The position numbers and the translations under genes are program-made. Under the pieces are notes generated by a model that saw only the letters and a list, made by a program, of their open reading frames with translations, was not told where the DNA came from and searched no databases. Source: Candidatus Latescibacterota bacterium (GTDB lineage Bacteria > Latescibacterota > UBA2968 > UBA8231). From it: a DNA stretch of 64,000 nt. Location: NCBI GenBank assembly GCA_963422735.1, contig OY730476.1:3296001-3360000 (forward strand). The letters are read 5' to 3'. Below are positions 51,616 through 61,985 of this stretch, piece after piece. Position 1 is the first letter of the stretch. Each line of letters opens with the position of its first letter.

Positions 51616-53102
51616 TGCAACTTCCCACACCTGATCCTACCCGCTTCGAGCGGCGCGAATCCCTTATCGGCCGCCTGCGCGAACACTTGCACGCCGATCA
51701 GATCATTCACCGCCCCGAAGATGTAGTCGCCTATGAGTGCGACGGCCTGTCGGCGTATCGCCAGCGGCCTATGCTGGTCGCCTTACCGGATAGCACCGAG
51801 CAGGTCGCAGCCGTACTTCGGTCGTGCTCTCAACTCGACATTCCCATCGTCCCTTGGGGTGCCGGCACCGGGCTTTCGGGGGGTGCCCTGCCGAGGGAAG
51901 ACGGAGTAGTGTTGAGCACGGCGCGGATGCGAGCGGTACTCGACATTGACTTACAAAACCGCACAGTGACCGTGCAGCCGGGCGTGACCAACCGAGGTGT
52001 GACCGAAGCGGTGGAGCGGAGCGGCTTCTACTACGCGCCCGATCCTTCAAGCCAGATCGCCTGCTCAATTGGCGGCAATATCGCCGAGAATTCAGGTGGA
52101 GTACACTGCCTCAAGTACGGCACGACGACCAACAACCTCCTCGGCTTGGAGGTGGTGTTGGCTGATGGTGAGGTCGTGCGGGTCGGCGGCAAGGGCATGG
52201 ACCAAGCGGGCTACGATTTGCTCGGGCTGCTGACGGGTTCGGAAGGGCTGTTGGCCATTACCACGGAAGCCACGCTGCGGATCTTGCCCAAGCCGGAAGT
52301 GGCGCAGGCTATGATGGCCGTGTACGATTCGGTCGCCGCGGCCGGGCAGGCCGTGGCCGAGATCATCGCCGCGGGTATGGTGCCGGCCGGCATGGAAATC
52401 ATGGACCAGCTATCTGTTGAAGCGGTTGAGGGTTTTGTCGGCGCAGGCTATCCACTCGGGGTTGCGGCGCTCTTACTGGTCGAATTGGACGGGCCGAAAA
52501 GCGAGGTTGAGTGCCACAGTCGAGCGCTGGAATCGCTCTTGCGGCAGACCGGCGCGACTGCGCTTTCCCGCGCTACAACCGAGGCCGAGCGGCAAAAGTT
52601 GTGGGCTGGCCGCAAAGCGGCCTTCCCGGCGATGGGCCGAATTAGTCCCGACTACTACTGCATGGACGGGACCATCCCTCGGGGCGCACTGCCGCAGGTG
52701 CTACAGAGAATCGGCGAGTTGTCGGTCTCGTATGGCCTGCGGGTGGCCAATGTCTTCCACGCGGGCGATGGCAACCTGCATCCGCTCGTGCTGTACGACA
52801 GCAATGTCGAGGGCGATCTGGAGAAAGCCGAGTCGCTAGGGGCCGATATCTTGAAGCTCTGCGTCGAGGTGGGGGGCGTGTTGAGTGGGGAGCACGGGGT
52901 TGGCATTGAGAAACGGGATTTAATGCCGTGCATGTTCAAGGACGCGGATTTGGACGCCCAGGAGCGGGTCAAGGCCGAGTTTGACCCGCAGCAGGTATTG
53001 AATCCGGGCAAGGTGTTCCCCACCTTGCGGCGGTGTGCTGAGGGCGGGGCCATGCACGTGCATAGAGGCGAGGAAAAGTTCCCGGAGTTAGAACGATTCT
53101 AA
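51615..53102 (+). CDS. glcD: Glycolate oxidase GlcD-like FAD-linked oxidase
   Basis: GAGTGLSGGALP, YAPDPSSQIACSIGGN, HCLKYG, HAGDGNLHP, GEHGVGIEK, LNPGK. Confidence 0.88.
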   Translation: MQLPTPDPTRFERRESLIGRLREHLHADQIIHRPEDVVAYECDGLSAYRQRPMLVALPDSTEQVAAVLRSCSQLDIPIVPWGAGTGLSGGALPREDGVVLSTARMRAVLDIDLQNRTVTVQPGVTNRGVTEAVERSGFYYAPDPSSQIACSIGGNIAENSGGVHCLKYGTTTNNLLGLEVVLADGEVVRVGGKGMDQAGYDLLGLLTGSEGLLAITTEATLRILPKPEVAQAMMAVYDSVAAAGQAVAEIIAAGMVPAGMEIMDQLSVEAVEGFVGAGYPLGVAALLLVELDGPKSEVECHSRALESLLRQTGATALSRATTEAERQKLWAGRKAAFPAMGRISPDYYCMDGTIPRGALPQVLQRIGELSVSYGLRVANVFHAGDGNLHPLVLYDSNVEGDLEKAESLGADILKLCVEVGGVLSGEHGVGIEKRDLMPCMFKDADLDAQERVKAEFDPQQVLNPGKVFPTLRRCAEGGAMHVHRGEEKFPELERF

Positions 53103-53155
53103 GGTGGCGAGTACGCCGCTAGTTGCAGGCGCGAAACTTGCTGAGGAGACGACTC

Positions 53156-53884
53156 ATGGCCACGGCTTTTGCCCTAGTGGGCGACCGCTATCACACGTCT
53201 GATTACATCCGCACGGCTTTGGGCCGCACCTTAGTCCAAGGCATAGGATTGTCCGTTGACTTTACCGACGAGCTTACACTGCTCAACGCCCAACATCTGT
53301 CGAGCTATCGGCTATTAATCGTCTTCCGCGACGGCATGATCTGGCCCAATGGCTACGGTATAGAGGCTTCACCCGTCAGCGAGCCGCCCGTCCAAGCCGC
53401 GGAATCCCGTCCCGTGCAGTGGATTACCGAAGCTCAGGGCCGCGCCGTGCGGAGCTTTGTGGAGGCGGGCGGGGCGGCTCTTTTCTACCACAATTCCACG
53501 TACATCGCCCCGGGCAGCAGCGACTTCCGCCACGTACTCGGTGCTGCTACGCAAGGGCACCCGCCGGTGCGTCCCTACCGAGTGCATATCACGCGCACAG
53601 ACCACCCCATAACGCGTGGCGTGGAGGACTTTGTCGTTGAGGACGAGCAGCACTTTATGCACTACGACAAGGACCCAGCCCATGTCTTGGCCGTCAGCGT
53701 CAACGACGACGGGCACACTTGGCAAGACTTGGGCACCACTTGCGAGACGGCTTGGGCGTACGAGTACGGCGCGGGCCGAGTGTGCTATTTATCGCCGGGA
53801 CACACCATCCCTGCGCTATGGAACCCGGCCTACGAGAAATTGCAGCAAAATGCCGTGCGCTGGCTGCTGCGCGACGTTTTGTAG
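53156..53884 (+). CDS. ThuA-like domain protein
   Basis: GDRYH, FVEAGG..YHN, HPITRGVEDFVVEDEQH, YGAGRVCYLSPGH. Confidence 0.8.
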   Translation: MATAFALVGDRYHTSDYIRTALGRTLVQGIGLSVDFTDELTLLNAQHLSSYRLLIVFRDGMIWPNGYGIEASPVSEPPVQAAESRPVQWITEAQGRAVRSFVEAGGAALFYHNSTYIAPGSSDFRHVLGAATQGHPPVRPYRVHITRTDHPITRGVEDFVVEDEQHFMHYDKDPAHVLAVSVNDDGHTWQDLGTTCETAWAYEYGAGRVCYLSPGHTIPALWNPAYEKLQQNAVRWLLRDVL

Positions 53885-54074
53885 AGATGCTCGGCAGCTA
53901 ACGTAGGGCTCGACGGGTTTTGGGAGGCGCTGCGCCGGACAAGGTGGCCGCCGACATCGTCCGCGCCTATCGGCCAAAGAAAAGCGTGTTCTACACACCG
54001 TTTTTTTGACGCTTCAAGAGCATCCCCGAGCGCATTTTTAAGAGGCTGAAATTGCGCTCTCAGTGCGGACGAAT

Positions 54075-54102
54075 CCACTTACCACTCATCACTTGCCACT
54101 AA
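54075..54102. repeat. Four degenerate CCACTAA heptamers
   Basis: CCACTTA CCACTCA TCACTTG CCACTAA immediately before ATG 54104. Confidence 0.6.
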
Positions 54103-54103
54103 C

Positions 54104-57100
54104 ATGCAATTTTTAGCAGAGAAACTGGAAGTCAGCCGGTCGGAATTATTGGATATGGGCCTGCGTGGCAATACGCTGCTCAACTTTCGTCCCAGCGCGA
54201 AAACGCTCGAAGTGATCGACGAGAAGTCGAGAGAGGTGTTTCAGATATTGGTCGCCGAGCAAAAGCCCATGGCATTTATCCCGGTGCCCGCATCGCTGGA
54301 GGCCGAAAGCGATCCGCAAGCACTGCCGAAAATTTTGGCAGACCAGTACGCAGACCACCGCTATACCGATAACCGCCTGCAAACCAAACTCACCGCGGAC
54401 GCGCTGGATAAAAGCCTGTTAAAAATTAGCGCGGAGGCCGAAAGCTACTATCAAGAGCAGGGCGTTGATCTTTTGTATTTGGCCTTGGGCTTCTTGACTT
54501 GGTATGAAGACAAAAGCTCCTCCACGCCCCGCAAAGCACCGCTTGTATTGGTGCCGGTCGCTTTGGAGCGCGGCAGTGCGAGATCTCGCTACAAGGTGGC
54601 GTACACCGAGGCTGATCTCGGCCCGAATCTGACGCTCGCCACTAAACTAAAAAGCGAGTTCGAGATAACGCTGCCAGAGTTCGGAGAAGAGTTGGACCTT
54701 GATGGGTACTTAAAAGAAGTGGCCGATAGCGTTGATCATCAGCCGCGCTGGCAGGTGCAGGCAGATGAAATCGCGCTTGGGTTTTTTTCTTTTGGCAAGT
54801 TCCAGATGTATCAGGATTTAGATCCGAATAATTGGCCCGAAGGCCACAAGCCCTACGACCACGAAGTGTTGCAAAAATTGATCGACAGCGGATTTGGGGG
54901 CGTCGGCGATGGATCGCTTTCAACGCCGTGTGAAGAGACGTCCTCCGAACTGCCCGAACTCACGGATCTCCACTTTGTGTTGGATGCGGACTCCAGCCAA
55001 ACGCAAGCAGTCATGGCGGTGAAGCAAGGCACCAACTTGGTAATTCAAGGGCCTCCGGGCACGGGCAAATCGCAGACCATTACCAATATCATTGCCGAGG
55101 CTCTTGCCGACGAAAAAACCGTGCTCTTTGTAGCCGAAAAAATGGCCGCCTTAGAGGTGGTAAAACGTCGCCTCGACGAATGCCACTTGGGCGATGCCGT
55201 GCTGGAGCTTCACAGCCACAAGAGCAATAAGAGTGCCGTCCTGCGAGAGCTGAGGCGCACGTTGGAACTCGGCCCGCCGGCCGTGGAGAATCACGCGGCT
55301 AAAAAGCGTCGCCATGCCCAGTTGCGCGAACAACTCGATGCGTATTGCCGCGAGGTGAATCGCCCCATTCTGACTTCGGGAACGAGCTATATAAACGCCC
55401 AAGGGCACCTCCTGAAGCTGAGAGAAGAATCTGGTGAGTGCGAACTGCCGGGATTGGATTTTGCCGAGTTCCGCCATTGGGACGGGGATGCTTTTACAAA
55501 CGCCTGCGCGAATGTGCGCGAACTAGTTGAACATTTAGAGGCGATGGGTATTCCGGCCCGGAGTCCCTTTGCCCAATCGACGCTAGAGCACATTTCACCG
55601 ATTGAGCAAAACGAGGTAGTTACTTGCTTGACTAAAGCACTCGCCTCGCTCGGCGACTGTCGGAAATTGGGTGACACCCTGTCCGAAAAGATAGGGCTAG
55701 ACGGCCCAGAAAATCTCGCCGCCATGAGTGCCATTTGCCGCGCTGGCGAGCGCGTACTGAATGCACCGGCTTTAGAGGGAGTACAGCTAACCGCTGCGGA
55801 CTGGAAACACCGCAGCGAGCAAGTCGAGGCTCTCATCCAAGCCGGTGAAGAAATGACGGTGTTGCAAGACAAGCGGCGCGAGCAATTGATCGAGCAGGCT
55901 TGGCAGGCCAACCTATTGAGTGTGCGCCAAGCGTGGGCCACTACGGGTCGGCACTGGTGGCGTTTTATTTTTCCCAGTTTTCACCGAGCCCGACGCACGC
56001 TGCAAGGTTTGATGAAAGACGAACTGCCAGCCAGTGCGGAAGTATGCGTGGCACTCATCGACGACATTCTCAAGTATCAAGCTCTGTGCAAACCATACGC
56101 CGAGCATGAGTCCTTGGGCGCAAGCCTGTTGGGGATACAATGGAAAGGGCTGCACAGCGATTGGAGTTCATTGAAGGAGCTTAGTGCCTATGTAGTCGGG
56201 TTGCACAAAGAAGTGGGTGAGGGCACGGTGCCGGAAGGCTTACTAAAGTTTTTGGAAAGCGGCGGGAACCTCGGGGGTTGCGAGGAGCAGTTGGAGACGC
56301 TCGAACGCGCTGCTGGCGAACTGCAAGAGCTAATTGACGCGGTGAGCCAGCGTTTGGGGACGGAAGTGCGATCTATTGAAGAGCGACCGTTGGGCGCACT
56401 GGAAGACGAGCTCAACCGTTGGCGCGACCAAATCGGCACTTTAGAGCAGATGGTGCACTACAACCACCTTAGAAAAAAACTTCGCACCAGCGGGTTGGAA
56501 CAGATTGACCGATTGTCTTACGACTGGACATGGCCACCAGCTTTGTTGCTGATATCCCTGAAGAAAGCCTATTACGAGGGCTTAGTGAATGAGGCGTATG
56601 ACAAAAGCGAGACGCTCAAGCGGTTTAACCGGATGAGCCACGAAAGTGCCATCAATGAATTTAGACGCTTGGATGAGGAACTGTTGCACCACGCCCAAGA
56701 AGAGCTGGTCTTGAAACACTACCACAGCTTGCCGGCGGCCAACGCTGCTGGTGAGATGGCGATTATTCGCCGCGAGATAAACAAGAAGCGCCGCCACATG
56801 CCGATTCGTCGGCTAATCGTCCAAGCCGGCCGCGCGATCCAGCAAATAAAGCCCGTGTTTATGATGAGCCCTATGTCGGTGGCGACCTACTTGGAGCAGG
56901 GTGCGCTGGACTTTGATTTGGTGGTCTTTGACGAAGCTAGTCAAGTGAAAGTGGTGGATGCAATCGGCCCGATTCTGCGCGGCGAACAGGTTGTGGTGGT
57001 CGGAGACACGCGCCAGATGCCGCCGACGGACTTCTTTACTAAAGCCTTGGAGCTAGACAACGAAGAAAGTCAGACCGCCGACATTGAGAGTATTTTGAGT

Positions 57101-58762
57101 ATGTTCTTGTTGCAAGGGGCACCGGAGTCCATGTTGCGTTGGCACTATCGAAGCCGACACGATTCCCTGATTGCCGTTTCCAATCGGGAATTTTACGATG
57201 GCCGCTTGATGATCTTCCCTAGCCCCGGGGTGAATCCCTACGCCAAGGGCTTGACGTTTAACCATCTGCCCGAGTCAGTGTACGAGCGCGGTAGTTCGCG
57301 CACTAATCCGGTGGAGGCGCGTGCTGTAGCCGAGGCGGTCATGCGCCACGCCAAAGCGCACCCGGATACGACTTTGGGAGTGGTTGCATTTTCGACGGCT
57401 CAACGCGACTGTATTTTGCTGGAAATCGAGCGGTTGCGGCGCTTGGATCCGAGTTGTGAGGAATTTTTCACTACGGGTGCGCTAGAAGGCTTTTTCGTAA
57501 AAAACTTGGAGAACGTGCAGGGGGATGAGCGCGATGTGATTTTCATCAGCATTGGCTATGGCCGTACGACCGCCGGCAACATGAGTACGAGTTTTGGTCC
57601 GGTGAATCGCGACGGCGGTGAGCGCCGCTTGAATGTGTTGATCACGCGCGCGCACTTGGCGATGGAGGTCTTTAGCAATTTTACGGCGGACGACATTAAA
57701 ACCGAGAGCAATTCGCCGTTTGGGATTCGCGCCTTGAAAAGCTTCTTGCACTACGCGCAGACCGGTGAATTAGAGCATCGCCACGAAACCGGAAAGGAGG
57801 CGGATTCGCCGTTTGAGGAGGCCGTGCGCGACGCCATTCTCCGGCTAGGCTATGACATTGAGCCACAAGTGGGTTCGGCAGGTTTTTATATTGACATTGC
57901 CGTGCGCGACCCCCAAAAGCCCGGCCGCTATATTTTGGCGGTAGAGTGCGACGGCGCGAGTTATCACAGCTCAGCAACGGCCCGTGACCGCGACCGTTTG
58001 CGCCAAAGTGTGCTAGAGGGCTTAGGCTGGCGTTTCCATCGCATTTGGAGTACCGACTGGTTCCGGGATCCCCATAGAGAAAGCGTGCGTCTCAAGGATT
58101 CTATTGACCAAGTGCTGCGCTTTTACGAGGCGGAAGAAACCCACGCCGAGCAACCCCGTGCCGCAGCGCAGCCCAAGCGCATCGAGCGCGACGAGCCGAC
58201 GGAAAACAACTTGCGGGCTGACGCCTATGTGTTGGCCACGGGCGATTTGGGCATTGCTGATTTCGCTGAGATCCACGAGTTGCCATTAGGCAACGTCGCT
58301 CAGGCCATGCGCAAGGTAATTGACATTGAAGGCCCCGTTCACCTGACAGAGGCGGCGCGGCGACTCGCTGAATCGGCCGGCTTTGCCCGCGTGGGTTCGC
58401 GAATACTAGGGCATATAAAACGAGCCGCCGAATACGGCCAAAGGAATGGGTTCCTCTATTTAGAAGGCGACTTCCTGTTTGCCGATAGAGACAAGCCTGT
58501 ACGGATTCGCGACCGCTCGGACATGCCTCCCACCGTTAAGAACATCGAACTGGTACCCGACGAGGAAATTCGCGCGGCCCTGATCGCGGCAATCCGTGCA
58601 GCCTTTAGCCTATCGGAAGAAGAGGCCGTTTCTGAGGCCCTGTCGCTGATGGGCTTTCGCCGCGTAACAGTTAAAGCGAAGCGGAAGGTAGGATCCGCGC
58701 TGAGAAAGCTGGAGCAGGACGGCGCGGTAACGGTTGAGGACGGCAAGGTTTCGGTCGCTTGA
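54104..58762 (+). CDS. DUF4011 - SF1 helicase - Vsr/REase-like nuclease - DUF3320-type protein (Hhe-like defence candidate)
   Basis: LLDMGLRGNTLLNF and EQGVDLLYLALGFL (DUF4011-type), QGPPGTGKSQT, FDEASQ, GDTRQMPP, HYRSRH, VQGDERD, RRLNVLITRA, and SPFE..IDIAV..ECDG..RDRDRLRQ..LGW..RIWSTDW. Confidence 0.85.
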   Translation: MQFLAEKLEVSRSELLDMGLRGNTLLNFRPSAKTLEVIDEKSREVFQILVAEQKPMAFIPVPASLEAESDPQALPKILADQYADHRYTDNRLQTKLTADALDKSLLKISAEAESYYQEQGVDLLYLALGFLTWYEDKSSSTPRKAPLVLVPVALERGSARSRYKVAYTEADLGPNLTLATKLKSEFEITLPEFGEELDLDGYLKEVADSVDHQPRWQVQADEIALGFFSFGKFQMYQDLDPNNWPEGHKPYDHEVLQKLIDSGFGGVGDGSLSTPCEETSSELPELTDLHFVLDADSSQTQAVMAVKQGTNLVIQGPPGTGKSQTITNIIAEALADEKTVLFVAEKMAALEVVKRRLDECHLGDAVLELHSHKSNKSAVLRELRRTLELGPPAVENHAAKKRRHAQLREQLDAYCREVNRPILTSGTSYINAQGHLLKLREESGECELPGLDFAEFRHWDGDAFTNACANVRELVEHLEAMGIPARSPFAQSTLEHISPIEQNEVVTCLTKALASLGDCRKLGDTLSEKIGLDGPENLAAMSAICRAGERVLNAPALEGVQLTAADWKHRSEQVEALIQAGEEMTVLQDKRREQLIEQAWQANLLSVRQAWATTGRHWWRFIFPSFHRARRTLQGLMKDELPASAEVCVALIDDILKYQALCKPYAEHESLGASLLGIQWKGLHSDWSSLKELSAYVVGLHKEVGEGTVPEGLLKFLESGGNLGGCEEQLETLERAAGELQELIDAVSQRLGTEVRSIEERPLGALEDELNRWRDQIGTLEQMVHYNHLRKKLRTSGLEQIDRLSYDWTWPPALLLISLKKAYYEGLVNEAYDKSETLKRFNRMSHESAINEFRRLDEELLHHAQEELVLKHYHSLPAANAAGEMAIIRREINKKRRHMPIRRLIVQAGRAIQQIKPVFMMSPMSVATYLEQGALDFDLVVFDEASQVKVVDAIGPILRGEQVVVVGDTRQMPPTDFFTKALELDNEESQTADIESILSMFLLQGAPESMLRWHYRSRHDSLIAVSNREFYDGRLMIFPSPGVNPYAKGLTFNHLPESVYERGSSRTNPVEARAVAEAVMRHAKAHPDTTLGVVAFSTAQRDCILLEIERLRRLDPSCEEFFTTGALEGFFVKNLENVQGDERDVIFISIGYGRTTAGNMSTSFGPVNRDGGERRLNVLITRAHLAMEVFSNFTADDIKTESNSPFGIRALKSFLHYAQTGELEHRHETGKEADSPFEEAVRDAILRLGYDIEPQVGSAGFYIDIAVRDPQKPGRYILAVECDGASYHSSATARDRDRLRQSVLEGLGWRFHRIWSTDWFRDPHRESVRLKDSIDQVLRFYEAEETHAEQPRAAAQPKRIERDEPTENNLRADAYVLATGDLGIADFAEIHELPLGNVAQAMRKVIDIEGPVHLTEAARRLAESAGFARVGSRILGHIKRAAEYGQRNGFLYLEGDFLFADRDKPVRIRDRSDMPPTVKNIELVPDEEIRAALIAAIRAAFSLSEEEAVSEALSLMGFRRVTVKAKRKVGSALRKLEQDGAVTVEDGKVSVA

Positions 58763-58776
58763 GTGCCTACCACGAA

Positions 58777-60945
58777 TCAATCGCTCGGCAGTGTTGATTC
58801 CAGCCGGACGGCTTGCCCCGCTTCCAGCACCACTTTGCCGCACAGCCGCTCTTTGAGCGTAGTGTAACGCTGGGCGACCTTGTCGTTTGCAATGGCCAGC
58901 TTGAGTGCCTTGGGGGTGCCGACGATGACAATCATTTGCTTGGCGCGGGTAATCGCCGTGTAGAGCAGGTTGCGCTGGAGCATCACGTAGTGCTGGGTCG
59001 TCAGCGGCAGCACTACCACGGGAAATTCCGACCCCTGAGAGCGGTGGATGCTGATGGCGTAGGCGAGGGTTAGCTGGTCGAGATCGACTTGATCGTATTC
59101 CAAGGTGTAGTCAAAGCGCACGTAGAGCACCTGCTTTTCCGCGTCGAGCCGCTCGACCGTGCCGATGTCGCCGTTAAAAACGCCCTTGTCGTAGTTGTTT
59201 TTGATCTGCATGACCTTGTCGTCCACCCGGAACTCAGCCCCGCGATGGCGGTGCGCCTCGCCGTGCGGGTTGAGGTGCTGTTGCAGCCGCTGGTTGAGGT
59301 TGAGTGCGCCGGTCTCGCCGCGGTACATGGGCGAAAGCACTTGGATGTCGTCGCGCCGATCCCACCCCCGATAGCTGGGCAGCCGCGTGGCGCACAACTT
59401 CTCCACTAGCTCGACCACCTGCTCTGGGTCGCCCTCGCGAATGAAGTAGAAATCCGCGGCCACATGGTTTTCGACGATGGGCATTTCGCCGCTGTTGATG
59501 CGGTGCGCGTTGCGGATGATGTGGCTTTTTTTGGCTTGGCGAAAAATCTGCGTCAGGCGCACCACCGGCACTTCTGAGGAGTCGATGATGTCGCGGAGCA
59601 CGTTGCCCGGCCCCACCGAGGGCAACTGGTCAATGTCGCCGACTAGCACCAACCGAACGTGGTCGGGCAGGGCGCGCAGGAGCGCGTTCATCAGCACCAC
59701 GTCAATCATGGAAGCCTCATCGACGATCAGCGCGTCGAGTTTGAGGCGGTCGTCATAGCCCTTTTTGAATTGCCGCTCGCCCGGCTGAAATCCGAGCAGC
59801 CGATGAATGGTCTTGGCCTCTCGCCCACTGGCCTCGCTTAGCCGCTTGGCGGCGCGGCCTGTAGGCGAGCACAGCGCGACCTTGAGGCCACCTTCCTCCA
59901 AGACGCGCAAGATGCGCCGCGTGACCGTCGTTTTGCCGGTGCCCGGCCCGCCGGTCAGCACTAGGACCTTGCTCGTGGCAACCAACTCCACGGCCTGTCT
60001 TTGCGCTGGGGCCAATTCCAGCCCGTCTTCATCTTCTGTGGGCACGGCCAATTCTTCGGTCGGTGCTTGCAAAAGCCGCTTTAGCGACGATGCTGCGCCC
60101 ACTTCGGCGCGGTGGAGCGGCGGCAAATAGTAGCGCAGGTCTTCGGTGACCACGCCGTCGTTGGCGCGCAGGGCCTCTAATGCTTGTGGCAACAGCTCGG
60201 CGTTGATGTCCAAAATTTCGACGGCCCGCTCCATCATTTCGACGGCCGGCAAGTACACATGGCCTTCGTCGGCCGCTTCGGAGAGCAGGTAGCGGATGCC
60301 AGCCTGCACGCGCTCGGGTGCGTCGCGGCTGAGTCCCAAACGCTGGGCAATGCGATCGGCTATGCGGAAGCCGATCCCATCCACATCGCGCTCTAGGCGA
60401 TAGGGATCGCTGCGCACCTTTTGAATGGCCTCTTGACCATAGGTCTTGAAAATTTTTACCGCATAGCCGGTGGTAATTCCGTGCGACTGCAAAAAGACCA
60501 TTACGTCCTTGATTTGCCGCTGCTCGTCCCAAGCCGCGGCAATCAGCTCGACTTTCTTCTTGCCCAGCTTGGGCACTTCCTCTAGCCGGCGGGGATCCGC
60601 GTCGATGATGTCGAGTGTTTCCGCGCCAAAGTGATCGACTATGCGCTTGGCCGACCTCGGCCCAACGCCTTTGATCAAACCGGACCCGAGGTACTTTTGC
60701 ATGCCTTCGAGCGTCGAGGGATAAACGGCCTTATAGTGCTCCACCTTGAGTTGTTTGCCGTATTTGGGATGATTGGTCCACACGCCTTCGACTTCGACGC
60801 TCTCGCCCTCTTGGATGGAGGCAAGTGCCCCTACGATTGCGATCCGCTCCCGCTGGCCCTCGACGACTAAGCGCGCAATGGTATAGCCGTTTTCCGGGTT
60901 GTGGTAAGTCAGGCGATCTATAAAGCCTTTATACGATTGGTTCAT
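58777..60945 (-). CDS. recD2: ATP-dependent RecD-like DNA helicase RecD2
   Basis: YLGSGLIKGVG, PYRL..GIGFRIAD, TGGPGTGKTT, PTGRAAKRL, VDEASM, GDIDQLPSVGPG, HRSQGSEF. Confidence 0.95.
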   Translation of the reverse strand: MNQSYKGFIDRLTYHNPENGYTIARLVVEGQRERIAIVGALASIQEGESVEVEGVWTNHPKYGKQLKVEHYKAVYPSTLEGMQKYLGSGLIKGVGPRSAKRIVDHFGAETLDIIDADPRRLEEVPKLGKKKVELIAAAWDEQRQIKDVMVFLQSHGITTGYAVKIFKTYGQEAIQKVRSDPYRLERDVDGIGFRIADRIAQRLGLSRDAPERVQAGIRYLLSEAADEGHVYLPAVEMMERAVEILDINAELLPQALEALRANDGVVTEDLRYYLPPLHRAEVGAASSLKRLLQAPTEELAVPTEDEDGLELAPAQRQAVELVATSKVLVLTGGPGTGKTTVTRRILRVLEEGGLKVALCSPTGRAAKRLSEASGREAKTIHRLLGFQPGERQFKKGYDDRLKLDALIVDEASMIDVVLMNALLRALPDHVRLVLVGDIDQLPSVGPGNVLRDIIDSSEVPVVRLTQIFRQAKKSHIIRNAHRINSGEMPIVENHVAADFYFIREGDPEQVVELVEKLCATRLPSYRGWDRRDDIQVLSPMYRGETGALNLNQRLQQHLNPHGEAHRHRGAEFRVDDKVMQIKNNYDKGVFNGDIGTVERLDAEKQVLYVRFDYTLEYDQVDLDQLTLAYAISIHRSQGSEFPVVVLPLTTQHYVMLQRNLLYTAITRAKQMIVIVGTPKALKLAIANDKVAQRYTTLKERLCGKVVLEAGQAVRLESTLPSD

Positions 60946-60954
60946 GTGCCACGC

Positions 60955-61569
60955 TCACAACGTGAAAGCACTGTACAGCAGTGCCATACTCCCCGCTCCC
61001 AGCGCGCCGCCCGCACCAAGCTGCATCGGAGTATGCGCCCGCAAGTAAAGCCGCGCCCAGGCGACGGCGGGCCAACTTAGCAAGAAGGGCCACGCCGCAC
61101 TGCCGACGCTGATCAACAATACGCAGGTTGCCCCCCCAACAGCCGCCGCGTGGATGCTGATCTTATAGGAGCGATTGATCCACCAGACCAAGAGCGTATT
61201 GACGACACAGGACGCGGCCGTGGCCAGCATCAAAGATGGGGCTCCGATCCCGTAGAGAGCCGCTCCCCCCAAAGCGTAACAAAGAGCACCCAGCAGGAGC
61301 AAGATACCGCGCCTGTTGCGGTCGTCTGTATAGGCTTTGTCGAGATACCCCGAGCGCACCAAGTGCCAAAGTAGCAACCCAGGTATCAAGGAGAAGGCGC
61401 CGATCGCCACCGCGCCGGCGAGCCAGTCGCCCAGTACGCGCGCTTGGACGCCGAAGACCAAGAGTGCCAACAGCGCGGGATTGAGCAAGTGCGAGAGGAA
61501 GCGTGCGGCTTGGTGCAGACGAAAAAAGGGACGAGCTAATTGCTCGCCCCTCTCTATTTCTTTTGCCAC
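60955..61569 (-). CDS. Multi-pass membrane protein (distant PAP2-like)
   Basis: About six hydrophobic helices; KISIH and WARLYLRAHT motifs. GTG start at 61569 is inferred. Confidence 0.7.
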   Translation of the reverse strand: MAKEIERGEQLARPFFRLHQAARFLSHLLNPALLALLVFGVQARVLGDWLAGAVAIGAFSLIPGLLLWHLVRSGYLDKAYTDDRNRRGILLLLGALCYALGGAALYGIGAPSLMLATAASCVVNTLLVWWINRSYKISIHAAAVGGATCVLLISVGSAAWPFLLSWPAVAWARLYLRAHTPMQLGAGGALGAGSMALLYSAFTL

Positions 61570-61985
61570 TTTTTGCCGCTGGCTGCGCCGCGGTCGGGCG
61601 CCCTCTCTTCGCCCTCTAGCGCAAAGCCGACAAAGCGTTTCTGCCCGAGGGTCTTCAAATATTGGAGCAGAGAAACTTCGGCCTCCTTGCGGTTGAGCTG
61701 GTACTTTTCGCTGAGTAATTCGATCATCTTGCCGACCGAGTTGCGGCCGTTGCACATCCGCCAGACCTCGCTGCCGACCTCGTCGAGGGTGATTTTGCGC
61801 TGCTTGGGGATATAGAAAAACTTGGACAGCAGCCGCACTCTCCAGGTCTCTTGGCGCTTTATTAAAACCTGGACCTCGTCGTTGTCGTTGTTCTCCCAGC
61901 GCAGGGACTCATTGCGCGTTGGCCGCGACGCCAGCATAGCGGCCCGGCTCAGCTTGGGTGCCTTGTTTTTCGATAAAATGCCCAT
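61554..61985 (-). CDS. PqqD-family (RRE-like winged-helix) protein
   Basis: ITLDEVGSEVWRMCNGRNSVGKMIELLSEKY..YLKTLGQKRFV matches the PqqD pattern LDxxGxxxWxxxDG..V. Confidence 0.8.
   Translation of the reverse strand: MGILSKNKAPKLSRAAMLASRPTRNESLRWENNDNDEVQVLIKRQETWRVRLLSKFFYIPKQRKITLDEVGSEVWRMCNGRNSVGKMIELLSEKYQLNRKEAEVSLLQYLKTLGQKRFVGFALEGEERAPDRGAASGKKWQKK

Noticed and set aside
53885-54074. GCTAAC after the ThuA-like gene as an integron attC site
   Set aside because: No matching GTTRRRY end or long inverted repeat, and no integrase or cassette array.
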